Assembly: GCF_018977255.1 (NCBI RefSeq)
Contig: NW_024704772.1
Coordinates: 3,162,001 to 3,226,000, forward strand
DNA: 64,000 nucleotides
Reading direction: 5' to 3'
From: Callorhinchus milii
Taxonomy: Eukaryota
The notes under the pieces were generated by a model. The model saw only the letters and a program-made list of their open reading frames with translations. It was not told the origin of the DNA and did not search any database. Numbering within the stretch: the stretch's first letter is position 1; each line of letters begins with the position of its first letter. Both the position numbers and the translations under genes were made by a program. This document shows positions 52,901 through 64,000 of the stretch, piece after piece.

Positions 52901-53622
52901 TTGCCCCCGACAGGTTTGTGAAGGACAGGAGAGCCTCCATATCACCCAACTTCAACTTCCTGGGGCAGCTGGTGGAGTTCGAGCGAAACCTCGAGACCCA
53001 GAGGGACCTTTGCCCCCGGGGACCCCCACAAGAGGGGTCGAGCCCTCTGCCCCTCACCCGCTCGGAGCGGGGAACTGGTCCAGATCATGCCCCTCGCTAC
53101 CCCTCCCCCCGCACTCCTAACCTCCGGGGGGAGGACGATCCCGAGTGGGGGAGGGACGGCCTTCCCGAGAACGCCGTGCAACCCCGGGACCCGCTGGAGG
53201 GCGTGCGGAGGCGGCTGCGGTTGAGTCTGTGGTTGCCGTCGGAGGCGTCGAGCGGGGGACGTGGCATGAGCCGGTCGGTCTCGCTGGACGCCTCGCCCGG
53301 CTGTTACCCAACGGCCAGCCCGGTCCAGACGGGGCCCGTCCCCAAGCTCCTGGGTTTCCGTGGCGCCCGAAGCCTCGCCATCGCCGCCTTCAACCCCTTT
53401 GCCCTGCTGTTCGGCAATGGCAGGAAGGAGGCCGGAGGCAAGGGCAAGTGCCAGCCCGCGCCAGGCAGCGCCAGCCTGGACCAGGCAGGGAGCAGGTGGG
53501 CTAACCACTCGCTCAACCCTCCAACGGGCAAGCACTCTGCAGCCCCTCCGTTGACCCTTAACCTCCCCGCCCCTTGGCGGCCCGCCTCAGAGCTCAGCGA
53601 CTACGGTACCGTCAGGTCGTGA
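49935..53622 (+). CDS. DUSP8/DUSP16-family MAP kinase phosphatase (rhodanese + DSP domain), about 508 aa
   Basis: Exons 49935-50162, 50707-50845, 51486-51652, 52100-52259, 52568-52691, 52914-53622 with consistent phases. Motifs LIVDCRS, LVLYDQ, LKGGFAVFS, PHLYLGSQSDVLNK, VHCWAGVSRS, ISPNFNFLGQL. Confidence 0.88.
51193..51416 (+). repeat. 16-bp tandem repeat amplified from a SINE tail (about 14 copies)
   Basis: Unit ggcgtgatgaggcgct, inside the SINE that starts near 50850. Confidence 0.9.
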
Positions 53623-56019
53623 GCCTCTCGGACGCAGAGGGGATGGGACAGAAACACGGACGGGAGATCGGGAGGACTTTCTGAGGCTGTCGGGCGCTTC
53701 TTTCGACGTTCCAAAATCCAGGCCACAGTTTCGGTCTCTCTCTCTCTGTCTCTCTCTCCCTTGAAGCCCACAAAATATACAGTCACTACACTTTCCGCTA
53801 TATTCCATGGAGTGCTTTGAGACGGCTCGAAGGATTATCAGTCATGTTATGAGCTAAATATGGAGAGAGAGAGAGAGAGAGACTCTCTTTCACTGGGCAG
53901 CGATCAAGGGAGATTTATCCGAACGATAGGCAAACAACGAGGTTGATCAGGACTTTGGATGCCTCCAAACTTTTCTAAGGGAATTGGGCAGAGAGTTGGA
54001 AAGGGATGACGTAGGGCTGGAGAGGGATGGAGGGGGAGGAAAGCTTTTACCGGGAGATCCAGCGCGCTGGTCTGCACTGCAACATTCTGCCGTTCTGTAA
54101 ACCTGAAACGCACAGTCACTGCACCTCACGGTGAAATCCCACGAAGCACTTTTTTGAGGCGTCCTCCAGACGGGGCAAGGCGTTGTGTCTAAACGCCGAG
54201 GACTCTTGTTATTTATTCCGCGAAGCGCTTTGGGACGTCTCGAAGACGTGCCAAGGCGTTACATCAAACACAAGGTTTATTATCATTATTTATTGATGTA
54301 TTTATTGTGATAATTATGTTATTCCGTGTCTCTTAACAAAGCATTCCGCATCAGCGTGGAGTTAATCTTCACCAGACTGTTTTGGCTGCACGTACGATGC
54401 CACCACAATAATAAATCGGTCGCTCAATCCCCGACTGTTTGTGGGGACGTCGCTGGGCGCAACCGGCTGCTGCGTTTCGCCCACAAAACATACAGTCACT
54501 ACACCTTACAGGGTATCCTGTGAAGTGCTTTGCGACGTCTCGAAGTAAGGCAGGCGACGTATCAAATGCAAGGATTATTATTATTATTATTATTATATTA
54601 TTGCAATGCCATCTTTATCCGCGTCCCAACACGTGGACGTTGGGAAAATGTTATGTCAGTACGTGACTATCGCGGTTAGATGGCGCTAGGCGCTGCGCAA
54701 AGCTGCTTGCACGCTCTGCTTGCTGGCGACACCTAGTGTCGAGAGAGAGCAGCCGCGCATGGACGGCAGCCGCTTGCATTTGTAACGGTGCCCTTCACGG
54801 CGACTCGGAGCGCTCTTCCGAGCTCCTCCGCACGGAGCAGAAACCACTGCTCAAGACGAGTGTTAATATATTGATTTATAGCGACGGTTTTAGCGCCTTT
54901 CTTTTCCCGCCGTTCCACGTGTCAAATAAAAGTCTTTTTTTTCTTGTGGATCTCTATGACGTTGCCCGTTTCTTTCTCCACCAGAGGATAAGTTTCTCCC
55001 CTACAAATTCCAACGCTCCCCGACCTGCTCTTTTTCTCTTTGACCGTGCCTTCAGCTCCCCTCTCGACTCTCTTCCTCCTCCTCGCTCCCTCCCTTCCCT
55101 CCCCTCACCCTGACCATTTCCCCCCTCCTCTCTCCCTCCCTTCCCTCCCCTCACCCTGACCATTTCCCCCCTGCTCGGGTCATGACCCAACTGTGCAGCG
55201 CCTTGGGACGTCCTCCTGACGTGAAAGGCGCTCTATAAATGGAATCTTGTTGTTGTTGTTGTTGTTGCTCGTGGGTCACTCGCTCAGGCAATCTGCTCGG
55301 TAGCACCCACAGCGCCTTCTGGCCTCTCGATCAGACGCTTGTGGGTTCAAGCCCCTACGTCAGGGCTCAACGCCCGGACTGACACTCCCAATATACTGTC
55401 AGAGAAGACATCAGATCCGGGTTCCCACGTCTGTGCCCCCACCAACGGTGCTGTTGGGAAAAGAGAAGGGCGTTTCCCCCTCTCTCTCTCTCTCTCTCCC
55501 GGTGTCCCGGCCGACGACGCCCCTGTGCAAAACACACAGTCACTACGCTGGACTAACTGTAGGGGAGTGCTCCAAGGTCGTGACACGGCACTGTACCAAA
55601 CGCAGGTTCGATTCCCGTCCCGGGGGGGGGAACGGGGGCAAGTTTCCTCGTTTCCCCTCCCCCCCCCCACCCCCACACACCCCCCCCACCCCCACCCCCC
55701 CCCACCCAGCGGCAAGTAGCTAAGACGATTGGGGGGGAAAGTGCTTCCCGGGATTAATGGTTCCCCCCAAATAAATGTTAGCGGCTCGATCCCCGACTGT
55801 TTGTGGGGCCGTCGTTGGGTGCGATTGGCTCCGGGTATCGCAATCGCCCGCGAAATGCACAGTCACTACGCTTTACAGTGTGTCCTTTGAGACGTCTCGA
55901 CGGCCCCGATCAGGCGCTACGTCAAATGCAACGGTTATTGTGGTTACCGGTCCCCAACCCAAACCCATCAAGTGCCACTGCCCCCCCCACCCCCACCACT
56001 CTACCCATCAGTTGCTCCC

Positions 56020-56539
56020 CCCCCCGTCACGTGGAGGAGGACACTCCGGCTTCACGCAGCTCACGTCAACCACTGCATTCCCGGCCCTCTCCACGCCCCC
56101 TCCCGTTCCCCCCCCCGTCACGTGAGGAGCGCGCACGCACGCACGCACGCTGGCTTCGCGCTACGTCAGCCGCACCCTCCTGCCCCCCCCCACTGCTCCG
56201 CCGACCGGCACCCCGTCACGTGATCGGAGTGAAGCTGGAGGAGAGCTCACGCCACACGTCACGTCACGTCAGCTCCGCCTGTAAATGAAGGCGCGCGCGC
56301 ACGCACGTCATACGTCACGTTAGCTCCGCCTATAAAAGAAGGCGCGCCGCGCCCGGGCACCGCCGCGCCGCCCGTGTTTACTTCCGGCGAGCTGCGAGCC
56401 CGAGCCCCCCCTCTCCCTCCCAGCCGAGCGGGCGGTTCTAAATGACTCATGCCGCGGGCCCGCTCCTCCGCTCTTTCCCTGTCCCTCCGCCTGCTCTCCT
56501 CCACCTTCGGCGCCGGCTCTGCCTGGGCGGCGGCGGGGG
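56020..56539 (+). promoter_or_regulatory. CpG-island promoter with E-box/CRE cluster, TATA box and first exon of an unidentified gene
   Basis: GTCACGTG at 56026, 56117 and 56215; several ACGTCA half-CREs; TATAAAAG at 56331; ETS-like CTTCCGG near 56381; donor ggg|GTGAGT at 56540. Confidence 0.7.
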
Positions 56540-56898
56540 GTGAGTGAGTGAGTGAGTGAGTGAAGCGGCCTCGAAGCCTGTGTTGTGGTGTGTGTGTGTG
56601 TGAGAGGCTTTTCCTCGCCATCTTCTCAGGTTTCTTTGCCCCCCCCCTCTCACTCCCTCCCCCCACTCACTAGAAGGCCTCTCCCCCCCCCCCACACACA
56701 CCGGCCGGCTCCGCCCCCCCCCCCCCTCCGCGCGTGAGGAAGGAGCGGCGCCCCTCTCATGGACTGGTTAATGGGGTGAGTGCGACTATGGATCTGAGGG
56801 GGTGATGGTGGTGGTCGGGGGGGGGGGTCTGGTCTCGTTTGCCTCTTGTTCTCTCATTTTATATGCGCTCCCGCCCGCCCGGGAGGTTATCTGCGCGT

Positions 56899-57001
56899 GC
56901 GGTGCCCGCCGGGACTTGTAGTCGCCCCCTGGTGACGTCGCGGCCGCCTCCTCTCGTGCGGCGGCTGAGGGGGGGGGACTACAACTCCCGGCGTGCACCG
57001 C
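56899..57001. promoter_or_regulatory. Inverted pair of ZNF143/Staf-type motifs flanking a CRE-like site
   Basis: gactacaactcccggcgtgcaccgc at 56977-57001 and its near-perfect reverse complement at 56899-56923 (23/25). TGACGTC at 56933. Confidence 0.6.
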
Positions 57002-59608
57002 GGCGGCGGCGTTGTGGTGGTGGCGCCCCCTTTCGGGCGGAGCACGTCGTCGCCGTCCCATCAGTCCCAACGCAAGTCATGAGGGAAGAGAAGACACCCC
57101 CCACCCACCTCCCGCCCCCCCCCACCCCCACTCTGCTACATCAACAACAACAACAACTTGCATTTGTGGGGGGTGGTTCGCGTCCCACAGCGCTTCAGAG
57201 GAGATCACAAAAGGAAGGCCCTTAGCTGGGATTTGAAGGTGGATTGAGGGGGAGAGTTCCAGAGTATTGGGGCGTAGTGGCTGAAGGCCACCAATGGTGA
57301 AACGAAGGGCCCCCCCTTGTCTTGGGGGGGGGCGACGGTCACCACTCCGCCTCACCGCTGACACCCTCGAGGGAAAAAGAGGGGCAAGACTTGCTCAGTG
57401 TCCAAATCCTGGGCTGTGGCAAATCCCTTCACATAAATCCCTGGCACCCCTCTATCTCTCTGACTCACTGCCCGTCAGAGAGATTGATTGATTGACTCTG
57501 GCCTCCCGCTTGTCCCCCTGTTCCATCGTCGGTGGACGGGCTTTCAGCCACTACGACCCGGAACTCTGGAACGTTCACCCTCAGGCCTACCGCCTTGCCC
57601 TATCCGCCCCCCCCCCCCCATCTTCAGCTCACGCCTGAAGACCTTCCTCTTGTGTCACGTCCCGCAGACTCGGCATCGCGCTCCACTACTCTGGGGCGCT
57701 GCGTGAGTTGTTGCAAAATAAAATGTTGTTGGAAGGGTGGTCGAGACCTGCCTATTCCCTGCTAGGTTCGTTTTCCTTGGAAAAGAGTGTCCTTAACGTA
57801 CCCAGGATACTCAGCTCGGCTCTGAAACACTGATGGCCCAGCGCCTTGGGATGTCCTCCCGATGTGAAAGGCACTATACGAACGTAATTTTGTTGTTGGC
57901 GTTAATGCAGCCATGTTTTGTTTGACGGGTGGGGGGGGCGGGGAAAATCGAACTATAAACTGCTTTGGTTATGTAGAGAGGGGAGGGCACAACCGGGTCA
58001 GGCGTGTCACTGCGGTAAATGTGCATTGTGATTTCATAAATGGCTGATGTACTCGAGTTTCTTTTTTTTTTAAAAAAAAGGAAGTTGAGACGGATGGTTG
58101 CTCGCGGTGAAATGCTTTTTCAAAAATATTTAGTGTTCTAATCGTCTTCGGGGTGTCTGGCCTAATTCGGACCAGACTCACGCTGTTGATTGGCAGATGG
58201 TAGGGCGGAAGTTCTGGAGGGTTGAGATAAGATGGGACGAAGGGCCTCCTTCATCCAAACTGATCTGGTGACCCACCCACTCCGCTCCATCATCAGCAGG
58301 TGAACTATCAGCTGCTTTACCCCCACCCCTGGAACTTTTTTCTCCGTTTCGTCTCTTCCCACTGTTTTCAAAGCCAGTCCGGAGGCCCATCTGTCTCACC
58401 CGGCCATCAGTCATCTCCTGGCAATCTCCCTTCGAGCTCGGGCTCCTGTCTGTCTACGTAAAGCAATTGGAAACATTTTCCTTACGTGAAAGGTGTTATA
58501 TAAGTGAAAATTCTTGTTCTTTTCCAGCGATTCAGTGCTGTAATCTGGGCTCAGTGTGGGAATCCGTGCAAGCAGATTAGTAATGTTAGCCTAGTTTTAC
58601 CAGACGCCCTCTGTCAAACCGCTGCACTCTATTCTCTTGCTGGTCTGAATGCTCGCTGCACAATTGTATTGTTTAGACATGTATTGAAGCGTGCAGCTTG
58701 TGAGATATTCCCATGTCGGTTTAAATCCAAATCGTTGCCGATGTGTAATTATATAGTGAAAGCCTTTCCAGGGATTTGTGTGCAAATGGCTGCTGTGTTT
58801 CACCCACAAAATATACGGTCAATCCACTTTACGGTATATTCAGTGAAGCAGTTTGGGACGTCTCAGATGTATAAGGCATTGTATCAAATGCAAGGATTAT
58901 TATTATTTAAAACGCTGCCGCCCCTATTCTCACCCGCACCCCCAACACCTCAGTCCCTGCGAGACTCCATTGGCTCCCTGTCCCAGAAGAGATCAATTTT
59001 AAGATCCTCCTCAGCTATAAATCACTTCATGCTCAAATACCTCCTAGTCTCTCAATCTGCTCACATCCCAGTCCACCATCAGCGGCCATGGTTTCAGCCA
59101 TGTTGCCCTGAATCTCTGGAACTCAATGCCTCTGGATCACCCATCTTTGCCTGTCTTTAGATTGCACCTTACTCTTCGACCATGCTTATGGTCACCTTTT
59201 GTTTCTTTCTGGCTCGACATCAAATTCCGCCACTGATCAGCAATCAGATGCCTCACCGCTTGATGGGTGTGATATAAATGCATGTTGGTGTTGTGCTACA
59301 AACAACAATGAGGTGAATCACTTGATATGGAAATCGGTTCACTAAGATACCAGAAGAATCTCCTTCCTCTTTTCTAATAACGTTGTAACGTGCATCTGTA
59401 CGGGCAAAGAAAGAGCTTCGGTTTACCATCTCAACCAAAGCAATATGCCTCCCAGTTCTGCATTGGAGCATCAGCCAAGAGTGTAAGCTCAAGTCTTCAC
59501 CTGGGGCCTGAACCCCATAATCTCTGGCTGAATAGCCTTCTTCTGTGCTGTATGTTTCTTCATTTTTATGCTTCTGATCCAAAGGCGACTTCCAAAGAAG
59601 ATGTGCAA

Positions 59609-59693
59609 GTCCAAAATTATATACTGTGTCCCAAGATGTTATTTCCTTTGTTTTAGGAAATAATATCTTGGGGTACAGTGTATAGTTTGGGAC
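59609..59693 (+). ncRNA. Long intronic stem-loop (pre-miRNA-like or dsRNA editing substrate; unrecognised)
   Basis: Arms 59609-59647 and 59655-59693 give 33 Watson-Crick pairs, 5 G:U pairs and 1 mismatch, with a 7-nt loop. Confidence 0.4.
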
Positions 59694-60069
59694 ATGACAC
59701 GTGGATACAACTGCCAGGATGATGGAAGGTGAACTGGATGGATCTGAATCTTCTTTCGTCCAGCGATGCTTATGTTCTTAAAGTGACTGACTGAGCCAAA
59801 CTGACACCAAGATAATGGGGGAAGGAGTTCACCCTAATGTGTGTGTAAGGCTGCCTCTGGTGGGATTGAAGGCAATGGCCTCGACGAATGAAAGATTCTC
59901 TGTTGTCATGAGGTTGTGGGAAACGCCTAGTTGTGTAATGTGTTTTGGTTGTGGTTGCACATCACTCATTTGTTTTTTTTGCTGTATGTGTAAACCTGTG
60001 TATGCTGACTTATGCTGCTCATCAAGCTCTGATCTCCACCTAACGAAGGCTTAGATTTGTCTAAAGACC

Positions 60070-60305
60070 ATGTGTCAGCCTGGGGCAGTGGCAGCGCTCT
60101 TGCCTATCTGAGTCAGAAGGTTGTGGGTTCAAGTGGGTTGTGGAGTTTAAGCCCCAGGTCGAGACTGGGAATCGGATAGTCTAGGCCGACACTTCTGTGC
60201 AGCGTGTTGCATTCTCAGCGATGCCGTCATTTTGATGCGATGTTTAACCAAGGTCCCATCTGTTCAAGTGGATGTTAAAGATCCCGTAACATTACTCCAA
60301 AAGAG
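60070..60305 (+). mobile_element. Deu-domain SINE relic (SacSINE1/AmnSINE1-like)
   Basis: tgagtcagaaggttgtgggttcaag head followed by gatgtttaaccaaggtcccatctgttcaagtggatgttaaagatccc, resembling the recalled Deu domain. Other fragments near 3895-3995, 21460-21530, 55330-55500 and 63020-63130. Confidence 0.6.
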
Positions 60306-61066
60306 ATTGCAATGCAGATTGCCCAACTAAATGCACATTGGTGACCAGGAGCTATCAGGAAAAGTGCCAGATTCAAGGCAAATCCTGAAATGAAAAAGAG
60401 CATTGTCTCCAATTTTTATTTGAAGCTATAGGCGTTGAATGATTGCCTCAAGAACAACAAGGAAATGCATCATACCATTGAAACCTGTTTGGTTGTGCCA
60501 TTCATTGTACAGTACATGTTTTCTGCCCATGCACCGTAAATGGAAAGAATGGGTACCATAGCTTTAATATACATGGGTTCAGAAACCTTGCCTTAATGTC
60601 ACCAGTCAGTTCAGTATTTATGTATTCACGTGTATGAATGTACGTATATGATGCAACTTATGCAAGTTTCATATAACTCATACTTTGCATAAGTCATATT
60701 CAAATGTATGATCCCAATTGGAGTTCTGTATCATCGTGATTAGAGGCAAGTTTCCTCACTCTACATTGGCCTGCATTGGCTTGGAATCAAGGTGATTCTC
60801 TGTGGTTGTCTTGGTAATCCAGTTCCTTAGTTTGGCTTGGGACAGTTCACAGTCCTGGTGTGGGGCTCGAACCCTCTGATTTGGAGGCAAGGGCATTACT
60901 GACCAAGCGGATGCTTAAAACTGATGAGCCGGTTCCTCTGGTCAATAGTATGGAAATCTGATGGGTGGATCTTCTTAAATCTGATATAATCGCAGTACGA
61001 AGCATTTAATGTGGAGGAGAACAGGTGCTATCCTGGAGGGAGGCTGGAAAATGGGTATGGGCCATA

Positions 61067-61375
61067 TGGAGTCCTGTAGCTCAGTGGTTAGATCACTCAG
61101 CTCGCATGCGAGAGACCTAGGTTCAATTCCTGGCAGGGTGAAATGTTAGTTGATTGGCGGTTCATTTAATAATAATTCCTTCGAAAATAATAATAATAAA
61201 TTGATCACTCAATCCACGACTGTTTGTGGGACACTGCTGTGTGCCAATGGCTGCTGGGTTTCACCCACAAAACATCCAGTCATTTCACTTTACAGTATAT
61301 TCTGTGAAGCGTTTTGAGACCTATGAACGATGTGATAAGGTGCTGTACTATGCAAATGAAAGGATCATTATTATT
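61067..61375 (+). mobile_element. tRNA-derived SINE, CpG-decayed copy
   Basis: Same head and tail architecture, with many CG replaced by TG/CA. A similar copy lies at 63357-63715. Confidence 0.75.
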
Positions 61376-64000
61376 TGTCAGTGCAAATGTGTGCAATTGC
61401 AAGTGCCTACAGCTAACTTACAATCGATAGACTGAATCTACAAGTTCAGACACTAATTTACCAAGAAAAGCTCTGTTTGGATCAGGGTTTGTGTGATTTG
61501 CACACAGGTATCTTGGGGATGTCCCACTATCGTCATTAATTTGTTCAAAACCATCATCAGTAGGATTTGGCAAACAAAAGACCTTGGTTGCTTTAGATTG
61601 CTTTAACCTGGATCGATTCAGACACCATTTGAGGTTGCCCTTCTGTCTCCCTGCTTGGAAATAATACTTCATCAAAGGAGAGGCCATCCAGAATGAGCAT
61701 TAGATCGGGGGTCAGACGCTGATCTGTTAGGAGGAATCATGAATGGACACTCCCTAATTTCTTTCCTTTGGTGATTGGAACCTAGATCAGGCTTCATTGC
61801 CCAACAGCGGATTTCAACGTCCTCCTTGCCCCGCCCTACCTCTGCCATCCCCAATTTGGGGCTTTTTCCGACATGAACAGCACTATACAAGTGTGATTTG
61901 TTGTACCGGTCATTCTCACTCCCTCTGCCCCACTCCAGTGGCCAAGCTTTCAGCCAAGACTCCTGCTTCCCAAGAACTCTTACAGAACTCTCACACCCAG
62001 TGGTTCAAAAGCGTCTGTCTTTGGTCAACATCTCCTCGAACGCTCCTCCGCCCACCTCCCCCACTCATTGATTGATTTTCCTCTTTGTGAAGTGCTTTAA
62101 CACTTGAGAGGCAGCTTACAATGTCTGCCAGACGCTGAGTGTAATGTGCGTCTCCTGGTGGTTACCTTGAGCATGGGCAATGATGAGACCCTTGATACCG
62201 CTCAGCACCGAGCCATCTCTCAGTCATCGTGTGGCCTACGACAGAAGCCAGGCTTACAATGTCCCCAGGCATTCTCTCCTTTGTTTTCAGAATCATTTGC
62301 TTCAATTCGCCCACAAATATACAGTCAATTCACTTTACAGTGTGTTCTGTGAAGCGCTTTGGGACGTCCTCCCGACGTGAAAAGCGCTATATCAAATGCG
62401 AGGATTATTATTATTATTAATAGAAGCGATGGACATTTAGCTTAAATGCTGGGGAACCATCTAAATGGAAAGACAGAGAGAACCAGCCCTTCTGGGTGCA
62501 GCCACCGGTAACCAACTAGATTTGCTTTATATTTGTTTTAACCCTTCAATTCCCCTGCCATCGCCTTCCCCTTTTGTAGAAAATCTCTTAGACCGATGTC
62601 CAATGCATCATTGGGATCGTTTGGGCTAAAATGCACAAGGACGCAAAACTTATTCTTCTCTCTGAATAAACTTTTTAATTTTTTTTTAGCCGTGGGATTT
62701 GTCTTCTCTGTTTTTTTTTCTCTCTCTTCCCCCAACGGAGCAGTCACGGGGTTAATGCTGGGAATTTGGTTGGGAGCAAGACCTGCCGAGACTTGTTTCT
62801 GTGTGGCTTGATCAAATGAGATCATTTTCTTTTTTCAGTTTCCAGCATAACTTTCAACCTCTCAATCTCGCGGGGAGGGCAAATCTACCCTTCTCCTCCC
62901 TCCTTTGTTCCTTCCTCCACAGGCATTTTCTAATACCAGTTGCGCCTCCCTCCTCCATATCGGCGAGGGAAAATCCCTCTGTCTGCCAGCGACTCGGAAG
63001 CAATCACGTCTCTGCGCCCTTGCGGGACTTTCCAGCTCACAGTCCGGGCTGACACTCCCGGGTAGTACAGTTGTGTATGTGTGTTGTGTTGCCGTCCTTC
63101 AGGTGAGACGTTAAACGTAAATCCCATCCGCCTGCTCAGTTGGGCATTAAAGATCTCCAGAAACTATTGGAAAAGAGAAACTGGTTGCTCCCGATGTCCT
63201 GGCCATCAGGTGTCCTCCAGACAAATTGACGCTCCATGACCTCACAAGGCTCAAAGGCTTCAAATACACAACTATTACATTCCACAGCAAATTTGAGTCT
63301 AGGTAATGGGCATTGTATCACATACAGGGATTATTTGCTAAAATAGCAAGAAATTTGGAGTCCTGTAACATCGTGGTTAGTGAGCTCACTTCACAAGCGA
63401 GAGGACCTGGATTCAAATCCTTGGCAGGGCAAAACCATAGGCAAATTTCCTTACTTCACACGCCTCTGTTTACCGAGCAGTAAGTAGGAATCCGCTTGTT
63501 AATTGATGGGTGGATTGCTTTCCGGGGGTAATAATCCCTCAAAAAAACATTTTCACTGAATCCACAATTGTTTTTGGGTCACTTGTGCGCAATTAATTGC
63601 CTGCCCTGGTTCGCCTACAAAATGCAGTCAATCCACTTTACAATATTTCCTGTGAAGCGTTTTGAGACGACTCGACGACGTGATAAGGTGCTATAACAAA
63701 TAAAGGTGTTTATTAAGAAAATGAAAACAAATGCTTCACTTATGGAAACCCTCAGTCCCACATTGTTTCAGATTCAGCCCCTGCCTCGGGCTGAATTTTT
63801 CCAGTTTTTAAAGGCTCGGCTTTTCAATTAAACTCTGTGCTTTTGCGAGCCAAGTCCCTGAAAGAAGTGTTTGCGGGCGCTCTCAAACTGCTGGCCCCCG
63901 GTGTCAATCCTCAGCCTGGCCATCCGTGACGTGTTTGGGTGAGGCCTTGACTTGCCCAGAGTCTGTGTGAGGTTTTGATGGTTGCAATCTACGATCGAGG

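Noticed and set aside
60640-60700. Short inverted repeat acttatgcaa/ttgcataagt
   Set aside because: Only about 10 bp perfect in AT-rich sequence; chance or a decayed relic.
62538-62755. TTAACCC...GGGTTAA pair resembling piggyBac ends
   Set aside because: The inverted match does not extend beyond a few bases.

Overview
Vertebrate genomic DNA from a gapped draft assembly (7 N-gaps). It is GC-rich and dense in microsatellites and retroposons. The repeat content (Deu-domain SINE relics, CR1 and L2 LINE 3' tails, a tRNA-headed SINE) suggests a cartilaginous fish, possibly a chimaera; this is inference. I built spliced gene models by hand from GT-AG sites and exon phase. In order: the 3' end of a divergent transportin-3-like gene (+); the last exon of a RERG-like small GTPase (+); TRPM4; an HRC/aspolin-like poly-aspartate gene (+) head-to-head with TRPM4; a divergent DUSP8/16-family phosphatase (+); and a CpG-island/TATA promoter with the first exon of an unidentified gene. 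Main observations: (1) TRPM4 is split into two complementary halves on opposite strands, and a candidate orphan 3'-UTR exon points to one inversion whose breakpoints are not at gaps. (2) The HRC gene appears able to make a short, almost pure poly-Asp isoform by intronic read-through and polyadenylation. (3) Several genes look like retained ohnologs. (4) A 39-bp intronic hairpin has G:U-biased substitutions. (5) There is a piggyBac-like TIR element and several retroposon-seeded minisatellites. Protein identifications rest on recalled family sequences; no searches were run.
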